A DNA stretch of 64,000 nt from a virus. Below, one piece after another: positions 7,820 through 15,760 of the stretch. The notes beneath the pieces are model-generated. The model worked only from the letters and a program-made list of their open reading frames with translations. It made no database searches and was not told the origin of the DNA. The DNA lies in the IMG/VR virus record IMGVR_UViG_3300050034_000081; one strand, written 5' to 3'. The translations under genes and the position numbers were made by a program. Every line of letters starts with the position of its first letter. Position 1 is the first letter of the stretch.

Positions 7820-7844
7820 ATAGTATGATTACGAGGAATACGCC

Positions 7845-7988
7845 ATGTCAGAGTTATGTAAATTACACAGAAGAAAATTTGTCACAATCAGAGTGACAAG
7901 TGAAGAAAAAGAGCAATTTGAAAAGATTGCATCAGAGGCTAATAAGGACGTATCTACATACGTGCGCGAATTAGTTCTCGCTCAATAA
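7845..7988 (+). CDS. Ribbon-helix-helix DNA-binding protein, 47 aa (not in ORF track)
   Basis: MSELCKLHRRKFVTIRVTSEEKEQFEKIASEANKDVSTYVRELVLAQ matches the RHH pattern (beta strand, helix, S.Y+R helix); GAGGA RBS. Confidence 0.75.
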   Translation: MSELCKLHRRKFVTIRVTSEEKEQFEKIASEANKDVSTYVRELVLAQ

Positions 7989-8073
7989 TCAAACTAATAA
8001 AGTTTGATATTATTATAAAATAACATAACAATTGGCCATTGAGACATGGCCATCAACTCTTAACGGAGAAAGT

Positions 8074-8523
8074 ATGTCAACTAATAAGGTTATCCTTCAT
8101 GGATTTCTGGGTAAAGATCCTGAATTGAAGGCAACTCCAGGTGGTGCAACTCTTTGTCGTTTTTCGGTAGCCACTACTGAAAATTGGAGGGACAAGGATG
8201 GAAGTGCTAAGTCCAAGACTGAATGGCATAATATTGTAGCCTGGGGTAAGCAAGGCGAAGCAATTGAAAAGTTTTTTAAGAAGGGTGCTGAAATTATTAT
8301 CGAAGGTAAGATTGAGTATACCGAAGGTAAGAATCCCGCAGATGAAAATAAGAAGATTTGGTATACTCATATTAAGTTGAATGCTTTTGATTTCTGTGGT
8401 AAGAAGGGCGAGAGTGGGGGTCATCACGAACCAGATCCCGAACAGACTGGTTATGCAGATAGTGATAATAATGGTGGATCTGGAACTAATACCGTTGAAG
8501 ATGATTCAGATATCCCATTCTGA
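8074..8523 (+). CDS. ssb: Single-stranded DNA-binding protein
   Basis: NKVILHGFLGKDPE...FSVAT...TEWHNIVAW...IEGKI and acidic tail DDSDIPF; start ATG 8074 after GGAGA. Confidence 0.95.
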   Translation: MSTNKVILHGFLGKDPELKATPGGATLCRFSVATTENWRDKDGSAKSKTEWHNIVAWGKQGEAIEKFFKKGAEIIIEGKIEYTEGKNPADENKKIWYTHIKLNAFDFCGKKGESGGHHEPDPEQTGYADSDNNGGSGTNTVEDDSDIPF

Positions 8524-8554
8524 TATAATAAGGTTCTAGTAAATGTAAAATAAT

Positions 8555-8581
8555 AACAGGCACCTAATTGGTGCCTGTTTT
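8555..8581 (+). terminator. Rho-independent terminator
   Basis: AACAGGCACC-TAATT-GGTGCCTGTTTT. Confidence 0.8.
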
Positions 8582-8613
8582 CATTTCTCATAGAGAGATA
8601 TAATGGATCTAAA

Positions 8614-8853
8614 ATGAAAAAGTTAGAAGAATACACAAAAGAAGAATTAAATGATTTTCTAGATAATCATATTAGAATTCCTCAAAAACTAATTATTCAA
8701 ATTGCTATTTCGGAATCTCCACACGAAAATGATCCAGTATATGGAGATATTATAACAGATGGTGGTAATAGATTTTTCTGGCGTAGATCACTTCTTATTG
8801 ACAAATATGGAAAACATGACGTAGTAGACTTTACGATTAATCCGGAGGATTAA
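8614..8853 (+). CDS. Hypothetical protein
   Basis: ORF in early-gene run. Confidence 0.55.
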   Translation: MKKLEEYTKEELNDFLDNHIRIPQKLIIQIAISESPHENDPVYGDIITDGGNRFFWRRSLLIDKYGKHDVVDFTINPED

Positions 8854-9120
8854 ATGTTTAAGGTTTTCTTTCATACAAATATCGATGCATATTCTGATAA
8901 ACCTTATATTTCAGAACTTCCATTTAGACCAATGATTGGTGATAAGGTTCCTTTTTATGGTCAAATTAAAATTGGAAATAAATTACCAGTATTAGAAATT
9001 ATTTCAATTCAATATTGTGTAACTCAAGATTTTGACTGTTTCACATGTTTTCTTGATTTTTCGAAAAATGAACATCCTGAAATCATGCGTCGAGTATTAA
9101 ATCATGAGGTTGAATTCTAA
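8854..9120 (+). CDS. Hypothetical protein
   Basis: GGAGG RBS; LPFRPMIGDKV motif common in small phage proteins. Confidence 0.6.
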   Translation: MFKVFFHTNIDAYSDKPYISELPFRPMIGDKVPFYGQIKIGNKLPVLEIISIQYCVTQDFDCFTCFLDFSKNEHPEIMRRVLNHEVEF

Positions 9121-9452
9121 TGAAAAAGAGAACTGGTCATTGGGAAATTACCGCAATTGCAAATGGAGTTACAGTAAAGCTTTGTAATCTTGCTACATTT
9201 ATTCGAAAGTATAATTATGAGAAAACCTTTGTTTATAGTCAAATTGCAAAGGCACGTCGAGAAAAGGAAGATTCCACCATTATCGATGGATGGAAGATTA
9301 GTTGGTTCTATAATGATCCATTAGAATCTTTGGAAAAATTAGTAATTAATAAAAAGATTATTAATTGCCCAGTTATTAAACAAAAGAATAGAAGGGGTAG
9401 TTATAAAAATAGTATTTTGCCAGAATTAGTCGGAAGAGTATGTTACAACTAA
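9120..9452 (+). CDS. Hypothetical protein
   Basis: Coupled ORF, basic. Confidence 0.5.
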   Translation: MKKRTGHWEITAIANGVTVKLCNLATFIRKYNYEKTFVYSQIAKARREKEDSTIIDGWKISWFYNDPLESLEKLVINKKIINCPVIKQKNRRGSYKNSILPELVGRVCYN

Positions 9453-9634
9453 TTCTAGAACTTCTCCAATCTCACAAAGCCTTGACGGGTCGTGAGATTG
9501 GAGAAGTTATTGATTCGGAACATTGGCCAGATCATATTACTCAAGATTTGCAAGAACTTATGGATCAAGGTAGAATAGTCAGAAATCCTCTCGCTGTAAA
9601 ACAATGGGATTGTTATACATGGAGTTTGAAATGA
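9440..9634 (+). CDS. Small winged-helix-like protein
   Basis: ILELLQSHKALTGREIGEVI...ITQDLQELMDQGRIVR fits a wHTH pattern. Confidence 0.5.
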   Translation: MLQLILELLQSHKALTGREIGEVIDSEHWPDHITQDLQELMDQGRIVRNPLAVKQWDCYTWSLK

Positions 9635-9933
9635 TTTCAGATAAACGAATAAAAATTAATTATTTTAAAGTAAAGAAAATTTGTGAAGATATTAATCTAG
9701 CATTAGATAAAGGTTATGCAGTAATTAGTAATAATAAAATTGTAATAAATCCAAAATATAGATTTATATTTGAAGAACCAGATTGGAATGATTTGCAAAA
9801 TCATATATGGCTTAGCGAAATCACTTTTGCCGGTAATGATTATTTTGAACCAGATGAATCTTTGCGAGAAATTAAAAAGTATTGGTCTCAATGGTATGCA
9901 ATTCCACAAACTGATATAGTTAAATTTATTTAG
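9631..9933 (+). CDS. Hypothetical protein
   Basis: ATG 9631 overlaps the upstream stop (ATGA), GGAG RBS. Confidence 0.55.
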   Translation: MISDKRIKINYFKVKKICEDINLALDKGYAVISNNKIVINPKYRFIFEEPDWNDLQNHIWLSEITFAGNDYFEPDESLREIKKYWSQWYAIPQTDIVKFI

Positions 9934-9963
9934 TATACCTATACTGAATCTGGGGAATAAAAA

Positions 9964-10182
9964 ATGGAATCAATTACTATCGATAAAGTTAAAATTAATG
10001 CAAAAATTGGCGTTAATTTATACAATTGTATTTTAGATGCAATCGAACTTTCTGTTTCAGAAAAAAGAATTGTAGAATTAATTCATAATGATAGATTATA
10101 TAAGATTGACTATAATCAACTTGTCGATATAGTAGAAGATGCCTTCACCGTAGAGAAGGTAAAGAATTCTCATAAAGAATAG
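9964..10182 (+). CDS. Hypothetical protein
   Basis: GGGGA RBS. Confidence 0.6.
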   Translation: MESITIDKVKINAKIGVNLYNCILDAIELSVSEKRIVELIHNDRLYKIDYNQLVDIVEDAFTVEKVKNSHKE

Positions 10183-10357
10183 ACCAAGGGGTTCCTTCAT
10201 CAAAACTAGAGCATTGTTCCTTAATGGGACGGAGTAAGATGCAGGAATCCCTTTTTCTACAATCTTTACATGGCTTAGCATAATTTTTATCAATAGGTGG
10301 TAATTGTTCTCGAATAGGAAGGGAGTCTATTTCTTTTTTCTCTTTTTTTGAACCCAC
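10145..10357 (-). CDS. Cys-rich small protein (possible zinc binder)
   Basis: GTG start after AGGAG; CKDC-x5-C-x9-C; the plus strand here is otherwise unexplained. Confidence 0.45.
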   Translation of the reverse strand: MGSKKEKKEIDSLPIREQLPPIDKNYAKPCKDCRKRDSCILLRPIKEQCSSFDEGTPWSILYENSLPSLR

Positions 10358-10414
10358 GTTTCACACTCCTAACTTACATCATACCATGAAAATGAAAAAG
10401 AGAGGCATAATATA

Positions 10415-10759
10415 ATGACCGAAGATTTTAAACCATACATTAAAACTATTAAAATTAATGCCAAAACTGATTATAATAAAATGTTTTTAAATGTCACGCG
10501 AAATTTAAACAATAAAACTGCTAGAGAACATATTAATAAATTAAAACAAAATATGGAAGGAATTGAAAATTCAGCTTATCATTTTATTGATAATTCAACC
10601 ACTAAAGATCCAAAATATTCCAAAACTGCGTATACTGTAGTTGACGGAAATCATCGAACTACGGCAGAATATGAAAAAGCAATTGAAGCAAATATAGAGT
10701 TTATTATTAGACCTACCATTTATGATTGGGGTTATTTTGATTATCAAATAGTGCCGTAA
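10415..10759 (+). CDS. Hypothetical protein, C-terminus interrupted by IS insertion
   Basis: The last codons (QIVP*) derive from the IS left end that starts at 10745. Confidence 0.55.
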   Translation: MTEDFKPYIKTIKINAKTDYNKMFLNVTRNLNNKTAREHINKLKQNMEGIENSAYHFIDNSTTKDPKYSKTAYTVVDGNHRTTAEYEKAIEANIEFIIRPTIYDWGYFDYQIVP

Positions 10760-11973
10760 AACCCCTAGCTTTAGCTATGGGGATACAAGGCATAAATTGC
10801 CCACTATCATTTTCTCTCATAAGGGTGTTAAAATAAATCATGGTAAGGCACTACCATTAATGTCCTATTTGGACGGTGCCAAGAGAGGATATATTGTTAC
10901 TCACTTATAAGTTCAGAATTAAAGATGGTGGCTCTAAGAGTCACCATCTAAAAAGATGGGCTAATGCAGTAAATACAGTTTGGAATTACTGTAATGAAGC
11001 CTCGTACAATCAATTAAAGAAATATTCTAAATGGTTAAATTATTATGATTTAAATAATTTAACTAAAGGATCTAGTAAAGAATTAAATCTAAACTCAGCC
11101 ACTATACAACAGATTTGTAAAGAATATACCACAAAACGTTATCAATTTAAAAAACAAAAACTTAATTGGAGAACTTCAAAAGGATCAAGGAGATCTCTTG
11201 GATGGATTCCATGTACAAATCAAAACATTAAACTTAATAAAGATGCATTTTTTACATTTAGTGGTAAGACATTTAAATTTTGGAAAACAAGAGAGATTCC
11301 TAAAGATATTCGCACAATATCCTTAAATGAAGATTCTCGTGGACATTGGTATATTAACTTTGCGGTTGAAGTAGATTTTAAAAAACAAACTGGTAATTCT
11401 GAAATTGGTATAGATTTAGGATTATCTACAAATGCCACTCTTTCAGATGGTCGTAAATATAATAGAGAAAATATTACTAAATATTATGAAAAACAATTAG
11501 CAATGGCTCAACGAGCTAACAAGAAGCATCAAGTAACTAAAATATATGCTAAAATCAAAAATATTAGAAAAGATTGGAATCATAAAACTGCCAACAATAT
11601 ATTAAAAGATTCTAAATTGGTAATAGTTGGAGATGTATCTTCATCTAAGTTAACGAAAACTAAAATGGCTAAATCTGTCCTCGATGCTGGATGGTCCCAG
11701 CTACGCTCAATGCTTGCATATAAAGCTATTAAGCTTGGCATTGAGTTTAAAGAGGTTAACGAGAGTTGGACAAGTCGCACTTGTAATGTTTGTGGAGAAA
11801 TCGGCGAACATCAAGGTCTAAGCGGCTTATCCGTAAGGCAATGGGAATGTAAAAGTTGTCATACACTTCATGATCGTGACGTGAATGCAGCTATTAATAT
11901 TCTCAATGTCGGTCTTGGACATAAGACTCTAATTAAGGGAATCCCCCGGCTTTAGCCGTGGGGAGGATGTCAA
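10745..11973 (+). mobile_element. IS200/IS605-family element, tnpB only (IS1341-like, non-autonomous)
   Basis: Left end after TTAT: CAAATAGTGCCGT-AAAA-CCCCTAGCTTTAGCTATGGGG-ATACAAGG, near-identical in layout to IS608 LE as recalled; right end GAAT-CCCCCGGCTTTAGCCGTGGGG-AGGATG-TCAA (TCAA 11970-11973); no tnpA. Confidence 0.92.
10876..11955 (+). CDS. tnpB: TnpB RNA-guided endonuclease
   Basis: TYKFRIKD N-terminus, IGIDLG (RuvC-I), CNVC/CKSC zinc ribbon, HDRDVNAAINI (RuvC-III); likely start TTG 10894 after GAGAGGA. Confidence 0.93.
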   Translation: MPREDILLLTYKFRIKDGGSKSHHLKRWANAVNTVWNYCNEASYNQLKKYSKWLNYYDLNNLTKGSSKELNLNSATIQQICKEYTTKRYQFKKQKLNWRTSKGSRRSLGWIPCTNQNIKLNKDAFFTFSGKTFKFWKTREIPKDIRTISLNEDSRGHWYINFAVEVDFKKQTGNSEIGIDLGLSTNATLSDGRKYNRENITKYYEKQLAMAQRANKKHQVTKIYAKIKNIRKDWNHKTANNILKDSKLVIVGDVSSSKLTKTKMAKSVLDAGWSQLRSMLAYKAIKLGIEFKEVNESWTSRTCNVCGEIGEHQGLSGLSVRQWECKSCHTLHDRDVNAAINILNVGLGHKTLIKGIPRL

Positions 11974-12060
11974 TCTCTATGCAATCAATTATAAAAATAC
12001 ACGTAGGAGATTTACTGTATTTAATGAAGTTGGAGAAGAGATTGGTCCATCTTAAAAAAT

Positions 12061-12084
12061 AAAAAGCCCGAAAGGGCTTTTTTA
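12061..12084 (+). terminator. Rho-independent terminator
   Basis: AAAAAGCCC-GAAA-GGGCTTTTTT. Confidence 0.85.
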
Positions 12085-12091
12085 TTTAGCT

Positions 12092-12121
12092 ATGCAAAAA
12101 TAACTAATATTATGTTATAAT
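12092..12121 (+). promoter_or_regulatory. Class A phage promoter
   Basis: ATGCAA, 18 nt, TGtTATAAT, ATATATG. Confidence 0.75.
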
Positions 12122-12154
12122 ATATATGAAGATAATTATGTCTTTAAACTACTT

Positions 12155-12442
12155 ATGGAGAAAATCATGCTTTTAGGTCAAAAAAGTCTTGGATTTGTTT
12201 TCACCGCTAATGTAAAAAGAAAATCTGATCCACTTTATCTTTCAGAGAGTGGTTGGACTGAAGATATATTTGAAGCAATTAAATTTAAGACATTTCCTAT
12301 TATGATGGAATATCTTCGTAACAGTCCTGAAAATAAATTTAATGATTATAAATATAATGGATTTCAACAAATTATTACATCTTGGGGAACTAAAGAAATA
12401 TTAGTATCTGCAAATAATACACGAATGTTTCGTAAAAGTTAG
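12155..12442 (+). CDS. Hypothetical protein
   Basis: GGAG RBS; own promoter and terminator; GWTEDIFEAIKF motif. Confidence 0.6.
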   Translation: MEKIMLLGQKSLGFVFTANVKRKSDPLYLSESGWTEDIFEAIKFKTFPIMMEYLRNSPENKFNDYKYNGFQQIITSWGTKEILVSANNTRMFRKS

Positions 12443-12460
12443 CCCTTCGGGGCTTTTTTT
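12441..12460 (+). terminator. Rho-independent terminator
   Basis: AGCCC-TTCG-GGGCTTTTTTT. Confidence 0.85.
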
Positions 12461-12464
12461 AGCT

Positions 12465-12494
12465 ATGCAAATAAGTCCTATATTTTGTTATAAT
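12465..12494 (+). promoter_or_regulatory. Class A phage promoter
   Basis: ATGCAA, 18 nt, TGtTATAAT, ATATATG. Confidence 0.75.
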
Positions 12495-12532
12495 ATATAT
12501 GAAAACAATTATGTTTTCTATTGGGAGATGAA

Positions 12533-12694
12533 ATGACCTTAATGGAAAGTGATAGGCAGTTGTTTGTTTTTGCAACCAATCAATTAAATTTAGAAGCCGA
12601 AGAACTTCAAAGAGATTTGAATCTTTCAATTCAAAGCGCAATGCGTCTGGCGAGAGAACTACATCCTGGATGCATGATTGCTTTGCAAAATTAG
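12533..12694 (+). CDS. Hypothetical 53-aa protein, possible HTH (not in ORF track)
   Basis: MTLMESDRQLFVFATNQLNLEAEELQRDLNLSIQSAMRLARELHPGCMIALQN; GGGAG RBS. Confidence 0.6.
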   Translation: MTLMESDRQLFVFATNQLNLEAEELQRDLNLSIQSAMRLARELHPGCMIALQN

Positions 12695-12712
12695 ACATTT
12701 TTTTGTTATAAT
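12683..12712 (+). promoter_or_regulatory. Class A phage promoter driving the ncRNA candidate
   Basis: TTGCAA 12683-12688, 18 nt, TGtTATAAT 12707-12712. Confidence 0.75.
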
Positions 12713-12718
12713 ATATAT

Positions 12719-12950
12719 GGAACGGTTTAGAGGTTAACCGGGTCTTGTCGTAAGTACCTCAACAGCGAAAGCGACGGAGTAAACTGGGCTAGTATAGCTA
12801 AACCTCTATAGAGTCTTCTATGCAATCTCTATAACCTTCGGGGAAATAAGAGCATAGAAAAGCTAACGTTTAAGTTCGCAAAGGGGACTAACGATTAGTT
12901 GTAATAAGGGAACCACCGACCCGGCCTATATGGCGAAACGGTGCCTTTTT
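12719..12950 (+). ncRNA. Unclassified structured ncRNA candidate (~230 nt)
   Basis: No ORF; about 44% GC by hand count; bounded by a promoter and a U-tract; several 7-8 bp complementary pairs and GAAA/UUCG/GCAA loops (see findings). Confidence 0.65.
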
Positions 12951-12965
12951 TAGCTATGGAGAATA

Positions 12966-13154
12966 ATGAGAACTATAAGAGATGTTAAAGAAGAATTTTT
13001 ACAGAAAGTAATTACCATTATAGAACAAGTTAATTTAGGAAATAATAATGGAATTAATCAATATACTTGCGAACTTATTAAGCAAAAAATCATGAAAGAT
13101 CTAATGGATAAGAAATATGTAATCAAATATCGACAACCTGAAAGGAAGGATTGA
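12966..13154 (+). CDS. Hypothetical protein
   Basis: GGAG RBS. Confidence 0.55.
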   Translation: MRTIRDVKEEFLQKVITIIEQVNLGNNNGINQYTCELIKQKIMKDLMDKKYVIKYRQPERKD

Positions 13155-13423
13155 TAATGAAAGTATTAGGTTTTGGAGAAGGTTATCCAAAGAAGTATAT
13201 TTGTGAAGTTAACTCAAATGAACTTGATGCAGTTTTTGATTTTGATAATAGATGGAGTTGTGAAGATTTAAGAATTGGGGCCGAAGTAGATTTAGCAAAA
13301 GGTTATAAATTTAAACAAGATTTAGAATTATTATTTAAATCTTTTACTGAATCTCATGTAAAATTCATTAAAGCTAATGAGATAATGTACAACTTCGCTA
13401 AAGGAATGATCAAAAATGACTAA
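13151..13423 (+). CDS. Hypothetical protein
   Basis: GGAAGGA RBS; YICEVNSNEL...LRIGAEVDL pattern. Confidence 0.6.
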   Translation: MIMKVLGFGEGYPKKYICEVNSNELDAVFDFDNRWSCEDLRIGAEVDLAKGYKFKQDLELLFKSFTESHVKFIKANEIMYNFAKGMIKND

Positions 13424-13592
13424 ACATCAACATATCGGATTAGTTGAGATTAAAAATATTGATGGAAAATTACTACTTTTTCTTCTAGATATAGATGTTA
13501 TTTCTAAAAAAGTATTTGCAACATATGGACCTTTTGAAGAGTATATCGAAGTTGTAGATCACGCTGCTTTTATTGGACTTCAAATCAAATGA
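13416..13592 (+). CDS. Hypothetical 58-aa protein (not in ORF track)
   Basis: MTKHQHIGLVEIKNIDGKLLLFLLDIDVISKKVFATYGPFEEYIEVVDHAAFIGLQIK; overlaps both neighbours. Confidence 0.55.
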   Translation: MTKHQHIGLVEIKNIDGKLLLFLLDIDVISKKVFATYGPFEEYIEVVDHAAFIGLQIK

Positions 13593-13861
13593 TTAAAACT
13601 ACATTCGAAAATTCAGATATCTTTTATTCAAATGAAGTTCAATTCTATTTAGAACTTAAAATCACAGATCTTAAAGTAGTTAAATTAGCTAGAACGTTCA
13701 ATAAGTCAAAAGAATATTTTGCTGAAGCATATCTTTCGTTAATATATAAGTATTTAGCAAAGTTTTTGGAAGAACAGGTTGCTATGGAAAATCCATATAG
13801 TATGCCGAGTAAAAAGTTAATGTTGGAATATGCTAAATATCTTGCTAATGGAGAAGAGTAA
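13589..13861 (+). CDS. Hypothetical protein
   Basis: Coupled ORF. Confidence 0.55.
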   Translation: MIKTTFENSDIFYSNEVQFYLELKITDLKVVKLARTFNKSKEYFAEAYLSLIYKYLAKFLEEQVAMENPYSMPSKKLMLEYAKYLANGEE

Positions 13862-14052
13862 TGTATAAAGTCAAAGTTTTCTATATGAATGAAAAATTAA
13901 AGACTTCTACAATTAACTGTAATTTAACTCTTAAGGAAGCTCAAGATATTTGTGCTGATCCAGAATCATTTTGGAACACTTGTACGAAGTCATATCTTAA
14001 GCGTCGAACTAGAGAACGTGGTGCTTGGTTTTTGGGATATACAGAGGAATGA
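13861..14052 (+). CDS. Hypothetical protein
   Basis: LTLKEAQDIC.DPES...GAWFLGYTEE motif, common in phage early genes. Confidence 0.6.
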   Translation: MYKVKVFYMNEKLKTSTINCNLTLKEAQDICADPESFWNTCTKSYLKRRTRERGAWFLGYTEE

Positions 14053-14438
14053 TTTCAATCGATCCATTTCTTATAAATAATTTTGATGCAGAATTTAAAC
14101 AAAATAAACTTATTTTATATTTTGAAAATGGCGTAGAAGTAGTACCTCACAAGATTGAACTTTGTGAAAATTGTGATGGAGAAGGTAGACATCTTCGAGA
14201 AAGCTTACGGAATATAGCTTTCTCTAGTGAAGATGAAAACTATGATCCAGATTTTATGGATGAAATGAGAGAAGGTAATTACGATCAGCGATGTAATATT
14301 TGTAATGGTCAAGGAAGATTAATTGTTATTGACGGAGAATTATGTAATAAAGAAATTTTAAATGAAATTGAATTAACTCTTCAAAGTATATATGAAATGA
14401 ATCAAGAATATGAAATGGAACGAAGGATGGGATGCTAA
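14049..14438 (+). CDS. Protein with DnaJ-type CxxCxGxG zinc-finger motifs
   Basis: CENCDGEG and CNICNGQG; ATG 14049 after GAGGA. Confidence 0.65.
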   Translation: MISIDPFLINNFDAEFKQNKLILYFENGVEVVPHKIELCENCDGEGRHLRESLRNIAFSSEDENYDPDFMDEMREGNYDQRCNICNGQGRLIVIDGELCNKEILNEIELTLQSIYEMNQEYEMERRMGC

Positions 14439-14741
14439 ATGAAGACTTTTGAAAATATTAAAACTACTGTAGAATTGAAAGATACTAATATTTTAAATTC
14501 ATTAGAACTTAATATTTTGTTTCCAAAAGATAATCAATCAATTGTAGATTTTATTAAATGTAATTTTAACGATAACTACAAAGTCATTTCTAATTTTGAA
14601 GATGTTGGAATTTATAAAACTAATATTACTTTCGATAATAAAAATGCGATTGAAATCTTAATCCAATTTCTAACAGATCTCGATAATAAATATGCTAATC
14701 GAAATATCTTAATTGAAGATTTTAATAAGTTGCTTGACTAA
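14439..14741 (+). CDS. Hypothetical protein
   Basis: Coupled ORF. Confidence 0.5.
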   Translation: MKTFENIKTTVELKDTNILNSLELNILFPKDNQSIVDFIKCNFNDNYKVISNFEDVGIYKTNITFDNKNAIEILIQFLTDLDNKYANRNILIEDFNKLLD

Positions 14742-14742
14742 T

Positions 14743-15072
14743 ATGGATTATATAGAATTTGATACTGCTCCATCGGAAGAAAAATGTGCTTCGGTTGGAG
14801 AGGATGATTATTATATTAAAGCAAAAATAGAATATAATACTTTAGGAAATCAGATTGAACGTACTTTTGGATTAATTCCAGAAACTGTAAGTTTTAGACT
14901 CAAAGGATGTCCTCATGATTTTGGAACATACTATCAACTTATGATTAAGTATGATGAGAATAATGAAGCCGCAGAAGAATATATTTATAAAGTAGATAAT
15001 GAATTTCCTAAATTTTGGGATGATGAAGCTAAGAGGCAATTGACCGCTAATGGATACTACGGAAACAATTAA
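14743..15072 (+). CDS. Hypothetical protein
   Basis: MDYIEFDTAPSEEKCASVG...CPHDFGTYY, a recurrent phage early-protein motif. Confidence 0.6.
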   Translation: MDYIEFDTAPSEEKCASVGEDDYYIKAKIEYNTLGNQIERTFGLIPETVSFRLKGCPHDFGTYYQLMIKYDENNEAAEEYIYKVDNEFPKFWDDEAKRQLTANGYYGNN

Positions 15073-15760
15073 AGAACGTATTCGGAAACTCTTAGCAATG
15101 GCGGCTTCGGCTAATGAAAATGAAGCCGCTCTTGCTATGGGTTTTGCTCAGGAACTTTTAATTAAATATCGATTAACTGAAGCAGAATTGCATGATTCGA
15201 TTATCATAAATAATGAACCTATTATTAAGGACGAAGAACCTCTATTTATGGCTGGTAGAATTCCAGGGTGGAAGAGTCAACTAGCAACCATGTTAGCAAC
15301 TTTTAATAATTGTCGTTTAGTAAAATATGGTTATTCCCCAAGTGCAGATCAGAAACGTGGTACAAAATTAGTTATATTTGGACGACAAAGCAATATTGAT
15401 AATGTTAGATTCTTACTTGGTTATGCAGTAGTAACTCTAACTAATCTTTCTGTATTTGCTACTATTGGTGGTGGTCATAGTTATGCCCAGTCTTGGTTTC
15501 TTGGCGCTGTAGCTGGTATTTCAGAAAAATTATATGAAGGTAAAAAACGTGCTCAAGTAGGTTTTTCTAAATTTACTATTATTAAAGTCGAACATCAATT
15601 AGAAGATGTTGATAATTTTATTTCAGAAAGTGTTGGTAAATTACGTAAAGGAACTGGTAGTAATACTAAGATTAATAGTGAAGCGTATAATCAAGGTCAT
15701 AAAGCGGGAAAGAGTGTAGATTTAAATTCTACTTATAGACCTAAAGCAACTTTAGGATGA
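15050..15760 (+). CDS. DUF2786-domain protein
   Basis: IKERIRKLLAMAASANENEAALAMGFAQELLIKYRL N-terminus; AYNQGHKAGKSVDL C-terminus. Confidence 0.8.
   Translation: MDTTETIKERIRKLLAMAASANENEAALAMGFAQELLIKYRLTEAELHDSIIINNEPIIKDEEPLFMAGRIPGWKSQLATMLATFNNCRLVKYGYSPSADQKRGTKLVIFGRQSNIDNVRFLLGYAVVTLTNLSVFATIGGGHSYAQSWFLGAVAGISEKLYEGKKRAQVGFSKFTIIKVEHQLEDVDNFISESVGKLRKGTGSNTKINSEAYNQGHKAGKSVDLNSTYRPKATLG

Noticed and set aside
10745-11973. IStron (group I intron plus IS) that would splice out and restore the gene
   Set aside because: Only about 130-150 nt lie between the left end and tnpB, too short for a group I core, and no P7-like motifs were seen.
11974-12827. TnpB guide (right flank) shares TCTATGCAATC with the ncRNA candidate at 12817-12827
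   Set aside because: Only 11 nt, offset from the guide start, with no TTAT TAM upstream of the match; plausible by chance in AT-rich DNA.
12719-12950. tRNA, tmRNA, RNase P, SRP, hammerhead or retron identity for the ncRNA
   Set aside because: No cloverleaf or TTCGA-CCA end, no GAGGAAAGTCC, no CTGATGA core, and no reverse transcriptase in the window.
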